Shown: piece by piece, positions 33,342 to 46,056 of the stretch
Layout of the letters: each line of letters opens with the position of its first letter
Numbering within the stretch: position 1 is the stretch's first letter
Assembly: GCA_016207925.1 (NCBI GenBank)
Contig: JACQZB010000130.1
Coordinates: 1 to 62,369, forward strand
Direction: 5' to 3'
Source: Nitrospinota bacterium
GTDB lineage: Bacteria; Nitrospinota_A; UBA7883
Length of the DNA stretch: 62,369 bases
Made by a program: the position numbers and the translations under genes
Notes under the pieces: model-generated
The model's input: only the letters and a program-made list of their open reading frames with translations
Databases searched by the model: none
What the model was told of the DNA's origin: nothing

Positions 33342-33357
33342 TGGCGCCACCTTTGCT
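33342..33357 (+). promoter_or_regulatory. Sigma54 (RpoN) -24/-12 promoter for the porin-glnK-amt operon
   Basis: TGGCGC-cacct-TTGCT matches TGGCAC-N5-TTGCW. An AT-rich tract lies immediately upstream (..gatggtttttattactgtgtttattttcaattgattg..). It sits about 125 nt before the porin ATG. Confidence 0.55.
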
Positions 33358-33480
33358 CAATGGGGAAAACGTGCATGCACAAAGGACTGGGCGGCCTGGG
33401 AGGCGGCCCGATTGGTTTGACAGTGGCGCCACGGTTATCCGGCAAGCGGCGCGCGGGACTACAAAGAGGAGTCTGTTCGT

Positions 33481-34545
33481 ATGAAGAAAATCATTTTTGG
33501 CGCAATGGCTCTGCTGGCGATTATGGCGCCCGGCACGGCGCGCGCCTTCGACGTCACGGAAGGGTTCACCATCTCCGGTTTTGTGGATGTGTCGTATTAC
33601 AACAACATGCGGGACGAAACCAGCACCTTCTCCCTCGATGAAGGTGAAGTGGATATTATCAAGACGATCAAGGATGCGGGCGGTTTGCGCCTGGACATCA
33701 ACACCCGCACGGTGGACCGCATGGTTTCCGTGAGCGCCAGCGCCGGTGAAACCATCAGCGTCGAAGGCCTCTCCGACGTGGCGATGGAGCAAGGGTTCGT
33801 GTGGATTGATCTTCCCTCGGATTTCAAGTTCACCTTCGGCAAGTTCAACGCGCCGATCGGGTTTGAACTGGTGGATCCGAACCAGATGTACCAATACAGC
33901 CACGCTTTGGTGTTCACTTACGGCCTGCCGACCAACCTGACGGGGGCGATGCTTTCCGGCGCGTTTGGCATGGTGGATTTCAGCGTGTACGCCGTGAATG
34001 GCTGGGACAAGATTCAGGACGACAACAAGGACAAGACCGTGGGCGGCCGGCTGGGGGTCACCCCGGTGGAGGGCGTGAACGTGGGTTTCTCCTACATCAC
34101 GGGCAAGGAAGGCCCCGTCTCGGATGGCATTTCACCGAGCAACCTTGCCGTGTTCGACGTGGACGCCACGTTGACCATGATCGAGGGCCTGACGGTGGGC
34201 GCGGAGTACAACAGCGGCACGCATGAAGGGCAATCGCTGGTGACCGCCGGGGACGACGCGACCTGGAGCGGCTACCTGATCATGGCCAACTACGCCGTGA
34301 CCGACAAGGTGGGCCTGACCCTGCGCTACGACGCCTTCGACGACAAGGAAGGGGCGCGCCTGGGCGCGGGCAAGCAAAAGCTTGACTCGTTCACCGTCAG
34401 CCCCAGCTACGCCATTGGCGACGGATTCGGCGCCCTGGCGGAGTACCGCTACACCAAATCCGACCAAAAAGTGTTCGCGGACAAGGACGGCAAGCTGGAA
34501 GACAGCGTCTCCGAGTTCGCCGTGGAGTTCACCTACTCCTTTTAA
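33481..34545 (+). CDS. Putative outer-membrane beta-barrel porin
   Basis: Signal peptide (..APGTARA), alternating beta-strand pattern, Asp/Gly-rich loops, and a terminal aromatic (..EFTYSF). The family is not identified. Confidence 0.6.
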   Translation: MKKIIFGAMALLAIMAPGTARAFDVTEGFTISGFVDVSYYNNMRDETSTFSLDEGEVDIIKTIKDAGGLRLDINTRTVDRMVSVSASAGETISVEGLSDVAMEQGFVWIDLPSDFKFTFGKFNAPIGFELVDPNQMYQYSHALVFTYGLPTNLTGAMLSGAFGMVDFSVYAVNGWDKIQDDNKDKTVGGRLGVTPVEGVNVGFSYITGKEGPVSDGISPSNLAVFDVDATLTMIEGLTVGAEYNSGTHEGQSLVTAGDDATWSGYLIMANYAVTDKVGLTLRYDAFDDKEGARLGAGKQKLDSFTVSPSYAIGDGFGALAEYRYTKSDQKVFADKDGKLEDSVSEFAVEFTYSF

Positions 34546-36353
<1,808 letters not shown>

Positions 36354-36381
36354 TGGGCGCGGCCCATCGGGCAAGGTTAAA

Positions 36382-36420
36382 CCTCTCCGCCACGGCGCGG
36401 AACGCGCCGTGGCGGAGAGG
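36382..36420. other. Perfect 18-bp stem / 3-nt loop hairpin between the two amt genes
   Basis: cctctccgccacggcgcg-gaa-cgcgccgtggcggagagg. No U-tract follows on the + strand. Confidence 0.7.
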
Positions 36421-36441
36421 TGACTGTTATAACGAGGAAGC

Positions 36442-37803
36442 ATGGACATGCCGGCAGGCGAGATGATGGTTGACGCGAAGAAGACGCCGGTACGCGCCCT
36501 GGCCGCGGCGATAGCGGCGGCGGCATTGCTGTCCGCCGCCCCGGTATTCGCGCAGGAGGCGGCCGGCCCCACGGCGGCGGAACTCAAACTGATCGCCGAC
36601 ACGGTATGGCTGTTGGTCACGGGCGTTCTGGTGTTTTTCATGAACACGGGATTCGCCATGCTTGAGGCGGGTTTGTGCCGCGCCAAGAACGCGGTGAACA
36701 TCCTGTCGAAGAACGTGATCGTGTTCGCCATGGCCTCGGTGGCGTTCTGGTCGCTGGGGTGGGGTTTTATGTACGGCGCGGGCAACGGCTTCATCGGGTT
36801 GGAGGACTTTTTCCTCTCCCTCCCCGGCGAGGCGGGCAAGGTCCCCAAGGAAGCGATGTTCTTTTTCCAGCTTGTGTTCGCGGGCACGGCGGCCACCATC
36901 GTGTCCGGCGCCGTGGCGGAACGGATCAAGTACCGCGGTTTTTTCATTTTTTCGTTTTTGCTGGTGGCCTTCATCTATCCGGTGACGGGCCATTGGACCT
37001 GGGGCGGCGGGTGGCTGGCCGCGCTCGGCTTCAAGGACTTCGCCGGGTCCACGGTGGTGCATTCGGTGGGGGGCTGGGCCGCGCTCACCGGCGCCGTGAT
37101 ACTTGGGCCGCGCCTGGGCAAGTACACCAAGGGCGGGATGAAACCCATCCCCGGCCACAACCAGGCCATGGCCACGCTGGGCATGTTCATCCTGTGGTTC
37201 GGCTGGTTCGGGTTCAATCCCGGCTCGCAACTGGCGGCGGACGCGGGGCCGATCGCCCATATCACGGTGACCACCAATATGGCCGCCGCGGCGGGCGTCC
37301 TGGGCGCCACGCTGGCCACCTACGTGGCGCTGGGCAAGCCGGACCTGTCCATGACGCTAAACGGCGCCCTGGCCGGCCTTGTAGCCATCACCGCCGGGTG
37401 CGACGGGGTGAGCGTGGCCGGGGCCGTGGTCATCGGCCTGATGGCGGGGGCGCTGGTGGTGTTCTCGGTTATGTTTTTCGACAAGATCAAGGTGGATGAC
37501 CCCGTGGGGGCCATCTCCGTGCATCTGGTCAACGGCGCCTGGGGCACGCTGGCGGTGGGCCTGTTCAACACCGAGTTGGGCCTGCTGTACGGTGGCGGTT
37601 TCGCGCAGATTGGGAAACAATTGGCGGGAATCGCGGCGATAGGCCTGTACGCGGCGCTGGCCAGCGCCGTGTTCTGGCTTGCCATCAACGCCGTGGCGGG
37701 TTTGCGCGTCTCATCGGATGAGGAGTACGAGGGCTTGGACCTGGGCGAGCATGGCATGGAGGCGTACCCCGACTTCGGCCTGAACAAGACGGCGGCGTAT
37801 TGA
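36442..37803 (+). CDS. amt: Ammonium transporter (Amt family), second paralog
   Basis: Contains ..[13 protein letters not shown].., ..[11 protein letters not shown].. and a signal peptide. 453 aa. Confidence 0.93.
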   Translation: MDMPAGEMMVDAKKTPVRALAAAIAAAALLSAAPVFAQEAAGPTAAELKLIADTVWLLVTGVLVFFMNTGFAMLEAGLCRAKNAVNILSKNVIVFAMASVAFWSLGWGFMYGAGNGFIGLEDFFLSLPGEAGKVPKEAMFFFQLVFAGTAATIVSGAVAERIKYRGFFIFSFLLVAFIYPVTGHWTWGGGWLAALGFKDFAGSTVVHSVGGWAALTGAVILGPRLGKYTKGGMKPIPGHNQAMATLGMFILWFGWFGFNPGSQLAADAGPIAHITVTTNMAAAAGVLGATLATYVALGKPDLSMTLNGALAGLVAITAGCDGVSVAGAVVIGLMAGALVVFSVMFFDKIKVDDPVGAISVHLVNGAWGTLAVGLFNTELGLLYGGGFAQIGKQLAGIAAIGLYAALASAVFWLAINAVAGLRVSSDEEYEGLDLGEHGMEAYPDFGLNKTAAY

Positions 37804-37878
37804 TCCGCCACGCGGTTGCGCGCCCGGTTTTTGGCCGGGAACGGAAGACGGCGCGTGGAGGTTGTGTTCTTTATCGCC

Positions 37879-37894
37879 AGGCGCTACACTTGCA
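37879..37894 (+). promoter_or_regulatory. Candidate sigma54 -24/-12 promoter upstream of glnA
   Basis: AGGCGC-tacac-TTGCA has the GG and GC dinucleotides at the correct spacing. It lies about 120 nt before the glnA ATG. Confidence 0.4.
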
Positions 37895-38013
37895 GCTTCG
37901 TCAGGCAAGCGGTAGCGCCCGGCGTGGTTTATGGGAATGCGCGGAGCGACGTTGGCGACGGCGCGCCGGGCGCGATTAATAGCGGGCAACGCGAATTTTG
38001 AGGGAGGCTTAGA

Positions 38014-39289
38014 ATGACGCCAAAAGAGGTAATCGAGTTCGCCAAGAAGAACAATTGCGTGATGTTTGACCTGAAGTTCATGGATCTGCCGGGAATGTGG
38101 CAGCACTTCTCCTTCCCCATGCAGGAACTGAAGGAGGATGTGTTCGAAAACGGATTGGGCTTTGACGGCTCCTCCATCCGCGGCTGGAAGGCCATCAACG
38201 CGTCGGACATGCTGGTGATGCCCGACGCCTCCACCGCGATGATTGACCCCTTCCACAAGTACCCCACGCTGTCCATGATCGCCGATATCGTGGAACCCAT
38301 CACCAAGGAGCCATACGAGCGCGACCCGCGGTTTATCGCCAAGCGCGCCGAAAAGTACCTGCAATCCACCGGCATCGGCGACACGGCCTACTTCGGCCCC
38401 GAAGCCGAGTTCTTCATTTTCGATGACGTGCGCTACAACTCCGCCGAGGGCGGCTGTTTCTACGCGGTGGACTCCGTGGAGGCCGCGTGGAACACCGGGC
38501 GCGACGAGAAACCCAACCTGGGCCACAAGCCGCGCTACAAGGAAGGCTACTTCCCCGCGCCGCCGGTGGACTCGCTGACCGACATCCGCACGGAAATGGT
38601 GTTGGAGATGCAAAAGTGCGGTATCGAGATCGAGGCGCAGCACCACGAAGTGGCGACCGCCGGCCAGTGCGAAATTGACATGCGGTTCGACTCGCTTACG
38701 CGCATGGCGGACAAGCTGATGCTGTTCAAGTATGTCATCAAGAACGTCGCAAGGCGCAACAACAAGACCGTCACTTTCATGCCCAAGCCCATCTGGAACG
38801 ACAACGGTTCGGGCATGCACGTGCACCAGTCCATCTGGAAAGGCGGCAAGCCCCTGTTCCCCGGCGAAAAGTACGGCGGCCTTTCGGATCTGGCGCTGCA
38901 CTACATCGGCGGCATCCTCAAGCACGCCCGGGCGCTGGCGGCCATCGTGGCCCCCACCACCAGCTCCGACAAGCGCCTGGTACCGGGCTTCGAGGCGCCG
39001 GTGAACCGCCGGCCTGGACGGCATCCAGAACAAGATTGACCCCGGCAAACCGCTGGACAAGAACATCTACGGCCTGACCCCCGAGGAGTTGGCCGAGATA
39101 CCGTCCCTGCCCGGCAGCCTGGAGGAGGCGCTCGATGAGCTTGAGAAGGATCACGACTTCCTGCTCAAAGGCGACGTGTTCACCCAGGACATGATAGACA
39201 CCTGGATTTCCTACAAGCGTGAACGCGAAGTGGGCGAGATGCGCAAGCGCCCGCACCCCTTCGAGTTCACCCTGTACTACGACATCTAG
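38014..39289 (+). pseudogene. glnA: Glutamine synthetase type I, disrupted by an internal deletion of about 45 aa plus a frameshift
   Basis: Frame 1 reads ..[22 protein letters not shown] and then runs into nonsense and a stop at 39039. From about 39008, frame 2 continues [39 protein letters not shown]. The family segment LAYSARNRSASIRIP...FPDP... between these is absent. Confidence 0.85.
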
Positions 39290-39304
39290 GCGATCCGCGG
39301 TACG

Positions 39305-39339
39305 GCGCCCGTCAGCATTATGCTGGCGGGCGCTTTTTT
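39305..39339 (+). terminator. Rho-independent terminator after glnA
   Basis: gcgcccgtcagca-tta-tgctggcgggcgc (one mismatch) followed by TTTTTT. Confidence 0.65.
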
Positions 39340-39505
39340 AGCGTCCAAACCGGGCGCAGGTGTCCGTAAAAATACACTTGACCAGAACAGGGCGATTGAC
39401 GATGATTAGTACGTTTTCCTTGCGGCCTTCAGCGGGGGGAACAAGGGGATCCATATAGGTTATGAATGTCGGGTGACATTCTTTTTGGATTACACAGGAG
39501 GATAT

Positions 39506-39874
39506 ATGAAGAGGGTGTTGGGAATTATGTTGGTTGCCGCGTTTTTGGCGGCGGTCGCCATGACGGGCGCGGCGTCGGCGGCAACGGGGGAGGAGCTTTG
39601 GGCGTCCAAGCAGTGCAAGAACTGCCACAACATGACGGAGAAGAAAAAGGTCGGCCCCGGCCTGGCGGGCGTCACCAAGAAGCGCAGCGACGAGTGGATG
39701 GCCAAGTGGCTGCAAAGCCCGCAGGCGGTGTGGGAAGAAAACGGCCCGGAGGTGAAAGACCTGCGCGCCATGATGAAGAAGGAAAACGCCCCGAAGACCG
39801 CGATGAAGACCCCCGCGATCTCCGCGGACGAGGCGAAGACCATCATCGAGTATCTGAAGGCCAACGGCGGCTAA
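39506..39874 (+). CDS. Class I c-type cytochrome, secreted
   Basis: Signal peptide, a single CKNCH heme-binding motif and downstream Met residues. AGGAGG lies 5-10 nt upstream of ATG 39506. Confidence 0.8.
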   Translation: MKRVLGIMLVAAFLAAVAMTGAASAATGEELWASKQCKNCHNMTEKKKVGPGLAGVTKKRSDEWMAKWLQSPQAVWEENGPEVKDLRAMMKKENAPKTAMKTPAISADEAKTIIEYLKANGG

Positions 39875-39897
39875 TCCGCGTTTTACGGCTACATAAA

Positions 39898-39927
39898 GGC
39901 TCCCCGGTTCCGCCGGGGGGCCTTTTG
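39898..39927 (+). terminator. Rho-independent terminator after the cytochrome c gene
   Basis: ggctccccgg-ttccg-ccggggggcc (one G-U pair) followed by TTTT. Confidence 0.55.
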
Positions 39928-39943
39928 TTGTTGCGAGACTCGT

Positions 39944-40846
39944 ATGAGCTACCCTGCATATCTTGATCTTGCGCGAACCGGTGAGCTTGAGCGCCGGGCG
40001 GAGGCGCTGGCGGCATTGCAGTCCCCTTGCCGCTTGTGCGCGCGCCAGTGCGGGGCGCGCCGCCGCGAAGGCGAACTGGGCGAGTGCCGCGCGGCTACGG
40101 ATATGGTGTTGGCCAACGCGTTCCCCCACTTCGGCGAGGAGCCGCCGGTCACCGGTCAGCGCGGTTCAGGGACAATCTTTCTGGCCCACTGCAACCTGCA
40201 TTGTGTTTTCTGCCAGAACTTCGACATAAGCCACCGTGACCGGGGTGAGAAGACAAGCGTCCGGCAAGTAGCAGACCTTATGCTGGCGCTGAGGCGCGAA
40301 GGCTGCCACAACATCAATTTCGTCACCCCCACCCATTTTTCGCCCCAGATCGTGGCCGCCGTGGCGGACGCGGCGGCGCGCGGACTGGAACTGCCGCTGG
40401 TGTGGAATTGCGGCGGGTACGAGTCCGTGGAGGCGCTGCGCCTGCTGGACGGGATCGTGGACATCTACATGCCCGACATCAAGTTCATGACGACGGAATC
40501 AGCGCAACGCTACTCCCATGCGCCGGATTACCCGGAGGTGGTCCGCGCGGCGGTGTTGGAAATGAAGCGGCAGGTGGGGGATTTGGAAGAGGACGCGTGC
40601 GGGATCGCGCGGCGGGGTTTGCTGGTCCGCCATTTGGTGATGCCGGGGGGTGAGCGCGACACGGAAGGCGTCCTGCGGTTCGTGGCGGAGGAGCTTGGTC
40701 GCGACACGTATATCAACGTCATGGACCAGTACCGGCCCATGTGGCGGGCGATGGAGTATCCCGAAATCGCGCGTGCGCTTTCCGGCCCGCAATGGGAGCG
40801 GGCGGCGTCGCAGGCGCGGTCGTTGGGATTGCACAGGGGGTTTTGA
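39944..40846 (+). CDS. Radical SAM protein of the PflX (pyruvate formate-lyase activase-like) type
   Basis: Contains FLAHCNLHCVFCQNFDISH (CxxxCxxC followed by QN). About 300 aa. Confidence 0.8.
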   Translation: MSYPAYLDLARTGELERRAEALAALQSPCRLCARQCGARRREGELGECRAATDMVLANAFPHFGEEPPVTGQRGSGTIFLAHCNLHCVFCQNFDISHRDRGEKTSVRQVADLMLALRREGCHNINFVTPTHFSPQIVAAVADAAARGLELPLVWNCGGYESVEALRLLDGIVDIYMPDIKFMTTESAQRYSHAPDYPEVVRAAVLEMKRQVGDLEEDACGIARRGLLVRHLVMPGGERDTEGVLRFVAEELGRDTYINVMDQYRPMWRAMEYPEIARALSGPQWERAASQARSLGLHRGF

Positions 40847-40852
40847 TAATAA

Positions 40853-42463
40853 TTAAGTCCGGTTTCTTTTCCTAGCTGGGGGTTCGAATTTTATTTTATC
40901 GTTTGCCATTACCGCATTAGCCATGCGTTCAGCATACATGCTCGCCAAGGCTGACTGGTCAATCTGGCGCAATCCAGCGCTATCCGGCATTCCCGCCATC
41001 AGTTCAAGCAACCGTTCCTTTGGAGTCTGCCGGTAGGAGTTGTGAAAGAAGTCGTATAAATCCAGCGGGTTTTTTAATTTTGAGGTTCGCTGGCCTACCT
41101 CCCCAAAAAAAGTGTCAGGATGCCTACGCCATGCGGTTATTTCAAGGTCCGAAAGCGACATGGTGCAAATTGCAGATGTACCGCTATCAAGGGAAAGAAC
41201 ACAAATAGCCTTTCTCTTATCTTCATCTACAATCGCGCTTGTGAGCAGGCCGATTCTTTCGTTGCCCTCATTGTCTTTTACAAGATAACGATTACCGATC
41301 AACAGCCGGTATGATTCATTGCCAAACGCAAATTCCGGTATTTCGCCGTCAAAAGTGGAAGGGATATCGGCATGATCCTTCATGGAGCGCATCAATTCGT
41401 GCATCTCTATATGCCGTTCTCTTGCATTTATCGCGGCTCGCAAGCTTGGAAATGCCGCGTCTATCTTGAATTCAGGAATCTGAAACCCTTCTGCCATCGC
41501 TAAAGACCTGAATGTTTTAGTTTCCAGGTGATGTTGCCACGGTGTATTAGTGACTACCAGATATGCGGAAGGTAAAGGATTGCTTTTGACGATTCTGCCC
41601 TCAAAGGTTCTTAAATCATCAAGAGCCTTTTTTAGATACACAGGCATTTTGTCATCGGTTGTGGCGTCGGGGACATTAATATCAATAAACACAATCCGCT
41701 GGTGGTTTGCTTTCTTGGCCAAGGCATTGTTTAACCGACGGCCAAGCCGGAATCTGTTCTCGCCTGACCGATGCTTTGCTTCAACGGAAAACCGTTTGCC
41801 AGTTCCGGTAAACGTTGCGGAAAATTCGCAATGTGAAGTGCTAAAATCGTCCTCATTTTCAAATTCAATCGTAAATCCAGCGCGAATCAATGTCGCCGCG
41901 ACGAATACCTCATAGCGCGCTCCTTGAAAGTTATTCTTGTCTTGGAGGCGTTTAACAAGTTTTTTTTGTAGCTCCGCATTATGGTCAAGAACATAAAGGT
42001 CATAGGCCAAGTGCATATAAGCTGCGGCAGCGCCAGTCATTGGAGCGGAACGAATCTTCCCTTCCCCTTCGACGAACTGACGTTGATATTGGCATACATG
42101 ATGATACCAAACAAGAATGGGGTGACGTTGCTCAAGCGGCTTGGCAAGCTCGGCGTTACCCCACGCCTGCCCCATTGCCATTTTGATATGGTCGCCGAGA
42201 AAATCATGGAAAGTTCGCCACTTTTCAGAGTGCATGAGGCGGTTTTTTACAGCAATAAACCGTCTGCCAAAAGCCTCTGTTGAAACAATAGGACGCCCCA
42301 TTCCCTGTTGACGTTCTCGTTGCACACGTAATGCCTCGGCGCGGGCTACAAAATCATGTATCGGAATTGTTGGTCGGCTTTGTCGGTTCTGTGATCCATG
42401 ACAGCGCTTATACTTCTTTCCGCTCCCGCAGGGGCAAGGAGAGTTGCGACCGATTTTAGCCAT
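40853..42463 (-). CDS. SEC-C motif protein with a possible PD-(D/E)xK nuclease-like core, function unknown
   Basis: The N-terminal GRNSPCPCGSGKKYKRCHG is the SEC-C zinc motif. Further in, ..GARYEVFVAATLIRAGFTIEFENEDDFSTSHCEFSATFTGTGKRFSVEAKHR.. gives an E...D/E...ExK arrangement. The gene is visibly AT-richer than its neighbours. Confidence 0.75.
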   Translation of the reverse strand: MAKIGRNSPCPCGSGKKYKRCHGSQNRQSRPTIPIHDFVARAEALRVQRERQQGMGRPIVSTEAFGRRFIAVKNRLMHSEKWRTFHDFLGDHIKMAMGQAWGNAELAKPLEQRHPILVWYHHVCQYQRQFVEGEGKIRSAPMTGAAAAYMHLAYDLYVLDHNAELQKKLVKRLQDKNNFQGARYEVFVAATLIRAGFTIEFENEDDFSTSHCEFSATFTGTGKRFSVEAKHRSGENRFRLGRRLNNALAKKANHQRIVFIDINVPDATTDDKMPVYLKKALDDLRTFEGRIVKSNPLPSAYLVVTNTPWQHHLETKTFRSLAMAEGFQIPEFKIDAAFPSLRAAINARERHIEMHELMRSMKDHADIPSTFDGEIPEFAFGNESYRLLIGNRYLVKDNEGNERIGLLTSAIVDEDKRKAICVLSLDSGTSAICTMSLSDLEITAWRRHPDTFFGEVGQRTSKLKNPLDLYDFFHNSYRQTPKERLLELMAGMPDSAGLRQIDQSALASMYAERMANAVMANDKIKFEPPARKRNRT

Positions 42464-42539
42464 TTGCGGATAACTTATCTGATTCTTGTGAAGGTTGCTG
42501 TATATGGCGGGATTATACTATACGCGGTGGCGGCCACGG

Positions 42540-42830
42540 GGGGCGCCCCTGCCGAAGTGGGCGCATCACCATGCGCCGTTGCCAAGAGGGCGATTCACGA
42601 ATCGCCCCTACCATGCGCCGCGCGAAACAAAAAATCGCTGTAGATGAATTTTTATGTTTCCCCGTGGTCGCCTGACCACGGATTCCTAATTCTTGAATTT
42701 CCCTGTTTGGCTTGTCGAATTGTGATGAATTTCCGGCGTACAAGTCGCAATACACGGAAAGACCGTGGTCAGGCGACCACGGGGAAGCTTCGCTCGGCCT
42801 CGCCGCGTGGTCAGCGACCGGGGGAAGCGG
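42540..42830. repeat. Cluster of short GC-rich palindromic (REP-like) units
   Basis: The hairpins are ggcgcat-cacc-atgcgcc (42560-42577), gggcgattc-ac-gaatcgccc (42588-42607), ccccgtggtcgcctgaccacgg (42660-42681) and its inverse ccgtggtcaggcgaccacgggg (42763-42784). A degenerate third copy lies near 42805-42830. Confidence 0.7.
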
Positions 42831-42854
42831 TTATCGGGCGGTCACTAGGAAACG

Positions 42855-42888
42855 AAAAACCCCCGCCGCTCGACCAGAACGGCGGGGG
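42855..42888 (-). terminator. Rho-independent terminator of dnaK
   Basis: On the minus strand: cccccgccg-(11-nt loop)-cggcggggg followed by TTTTT. Confidence 0.7.
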
Positions 42889-42906
42889 TGGTTGACTCGC
42901 TGACTA

Positions 42907-44820
<1,914 letters not shown>

Positions 44821-45049
44821 GTCGCTCTCCTGCACCTTATGTTTACAATGCGTTACAGGCTAATCGCCCGCTTTGTTCCGTTGACGCCCATTAGATGAAC
44901 GTTATTAACTGTTTGGGTATAAGACCCTGGGACGGCGGCGTCAAGCCATGTTGGGCGCCTGACGGTGAATTTTAATCTTTTTTTCTGTTGGGGGATACCT
45001 TTTAACATGGAAGGCGGTATGGGTATGATAGGGGTCTGGAGGATCAGCC

Positions 45050-45565
45050 ATGGATCGGGAGCAAAGCTTACAGCCTAACCTGCTTTGGGCCTTGAGGATT
45101 GTATGGCTGGCCATGCTCGGTTCCGTGGCGGTGTATATCACCATCAGCCTTTGGTTCGCCGGTGATGGGGCGGTGGAACATCTGGCCGAGGGCCAGATCA
45201 GCATGATGGAACTGATGATGATGGCCTTTGGCGCGGGCAACGCCTTCGCCGTGTTCTGGGTGAACAACGCGGCCAAGGATCCCCAGCGCGCCCGTGACCT
45301 TGCCGAGCGGCTGGGCAAGGCGTCCGGCGTTAAGCCAGGCAATGAGATGACGCCCGAAAAAATGGCGGCGGCTTATTACTTCCAGGTATGCGTGATCCGG
45401 CTGGCGCTTTCCGAAGTGGCGGCGGTGTTTGGGCTGGTGCTGTCGTTCGTGGCGGGGCCGTCCATCGCCGTGGCGGCGTTGTATCTGCTGTCGGCGTGGC
45501 TGATGATCCGTTTCCAGCCGGGCCGGGAGGAGTTCGAAGATATCCGGCGGCTGTTCGCGGGTTGA
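45050..45565 (+). CDS. Hypothetical membrane protein (about 4 TM)
   Basis: Hydrophobic segments are present. No recognisable motif. Confidence 0.5.
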   Translation: MDREQSLQPNLLWALRIVWLAMLGSVAVYITISLWFAGDGAVEHLAEGQISMMELMMMAFGAGNAFAVFWVNNAAKDPQRARDLAERLGKASGVKPGNEMTPEKMAAAYYFQVCVIRLALSEVAAVFGLVLSFVAGPSIAVAALYLLSAWLMIRFQPGREEFEDIRRLFAG

Positions 45566-46039
45566 TCAGGGTTTTCCCAGAAAAACCTTCAGTTGATGCA
45601 GGGCGGTTTCCTTGCGCCCGATGTTGTCCTTGAGCAGGTAGTAGGCGACGCGCTGGGCGCGGTCGGAAGCGCGCTGATCCTCCACCACCTGTTTCTCGCC
45701 TTCCATGGTTTCCTCGATGACGCCAAGGGGCTGTTCAACGGCGGGGACGAGGAATTTGCGCAGACTTTCCGCCACGCGTTCCTTTTCCGCCATGCCGGAA
45801 GCCAGCGCGTCGCGGGTGGCCCGCAGGTGGGGGCGCGTCATGGCCACGCCGGTAAGGGCGCGGTCGCGCGCGATTTCCGCTTCAAGCAGCGTCATGGCCG
45901 CGTTGGCCGCCTCGGTCAAACTTGAATACAATTGTTCCTTGGCGATGGCGGGGGCGGCCAGCAAGATCAGGGACAATAACAGGGCGCCCCCTCGCGCCAC
46001 GGCGGGCCGGTGAGCTATAATGTATTTCGCGGAGGACAT
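45566..46039 (-). CDS. Hypothetical secreted/periplasmic helical protein
   Basis: Signal-like GGALLLSLILLAAPAIA. The start is taken at ATG 46039. No recognisable motif. Confidence 0.45.
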   Translation of the reverse strand: MSSAKYIIAHRPAVARGGALLLSLILLAAPAIAKEQLYSSLTEAANAAMTLLEAEIARDRALTGVAMTRPHLRATRDALASGMAEKERVAESLRKFLVPAVEQPLGVIEETMEGEKQVVEDQRASDRAQRVAYYLLKDNIGRKETALHQLKVFLGKP

Positions 46040-46056
46040 GGAGGTATTGTAACCCA

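Noticed and set aside
42660-42830. The repeated 22-28-nt units, considered as a possible mini-CRISPR array.
   Set aside because: There are only two or three copies, in mixed orientation and with irregular spacing. The units are self-complementary REP-like hairpins, another copy lies at 23075, and no cas genes are present in the window.
44836-45049. A CIRCE/HrcA operator or sigma32 promoter upstream of dnaK.
   Set aside because: I found no TTAGCACTC-N9-GAGTGCTAA-like dyad and no convincing CTTGAA/CCCCAT pair on the minus strand by eye. Nothing there is supportable without a PWM scan.
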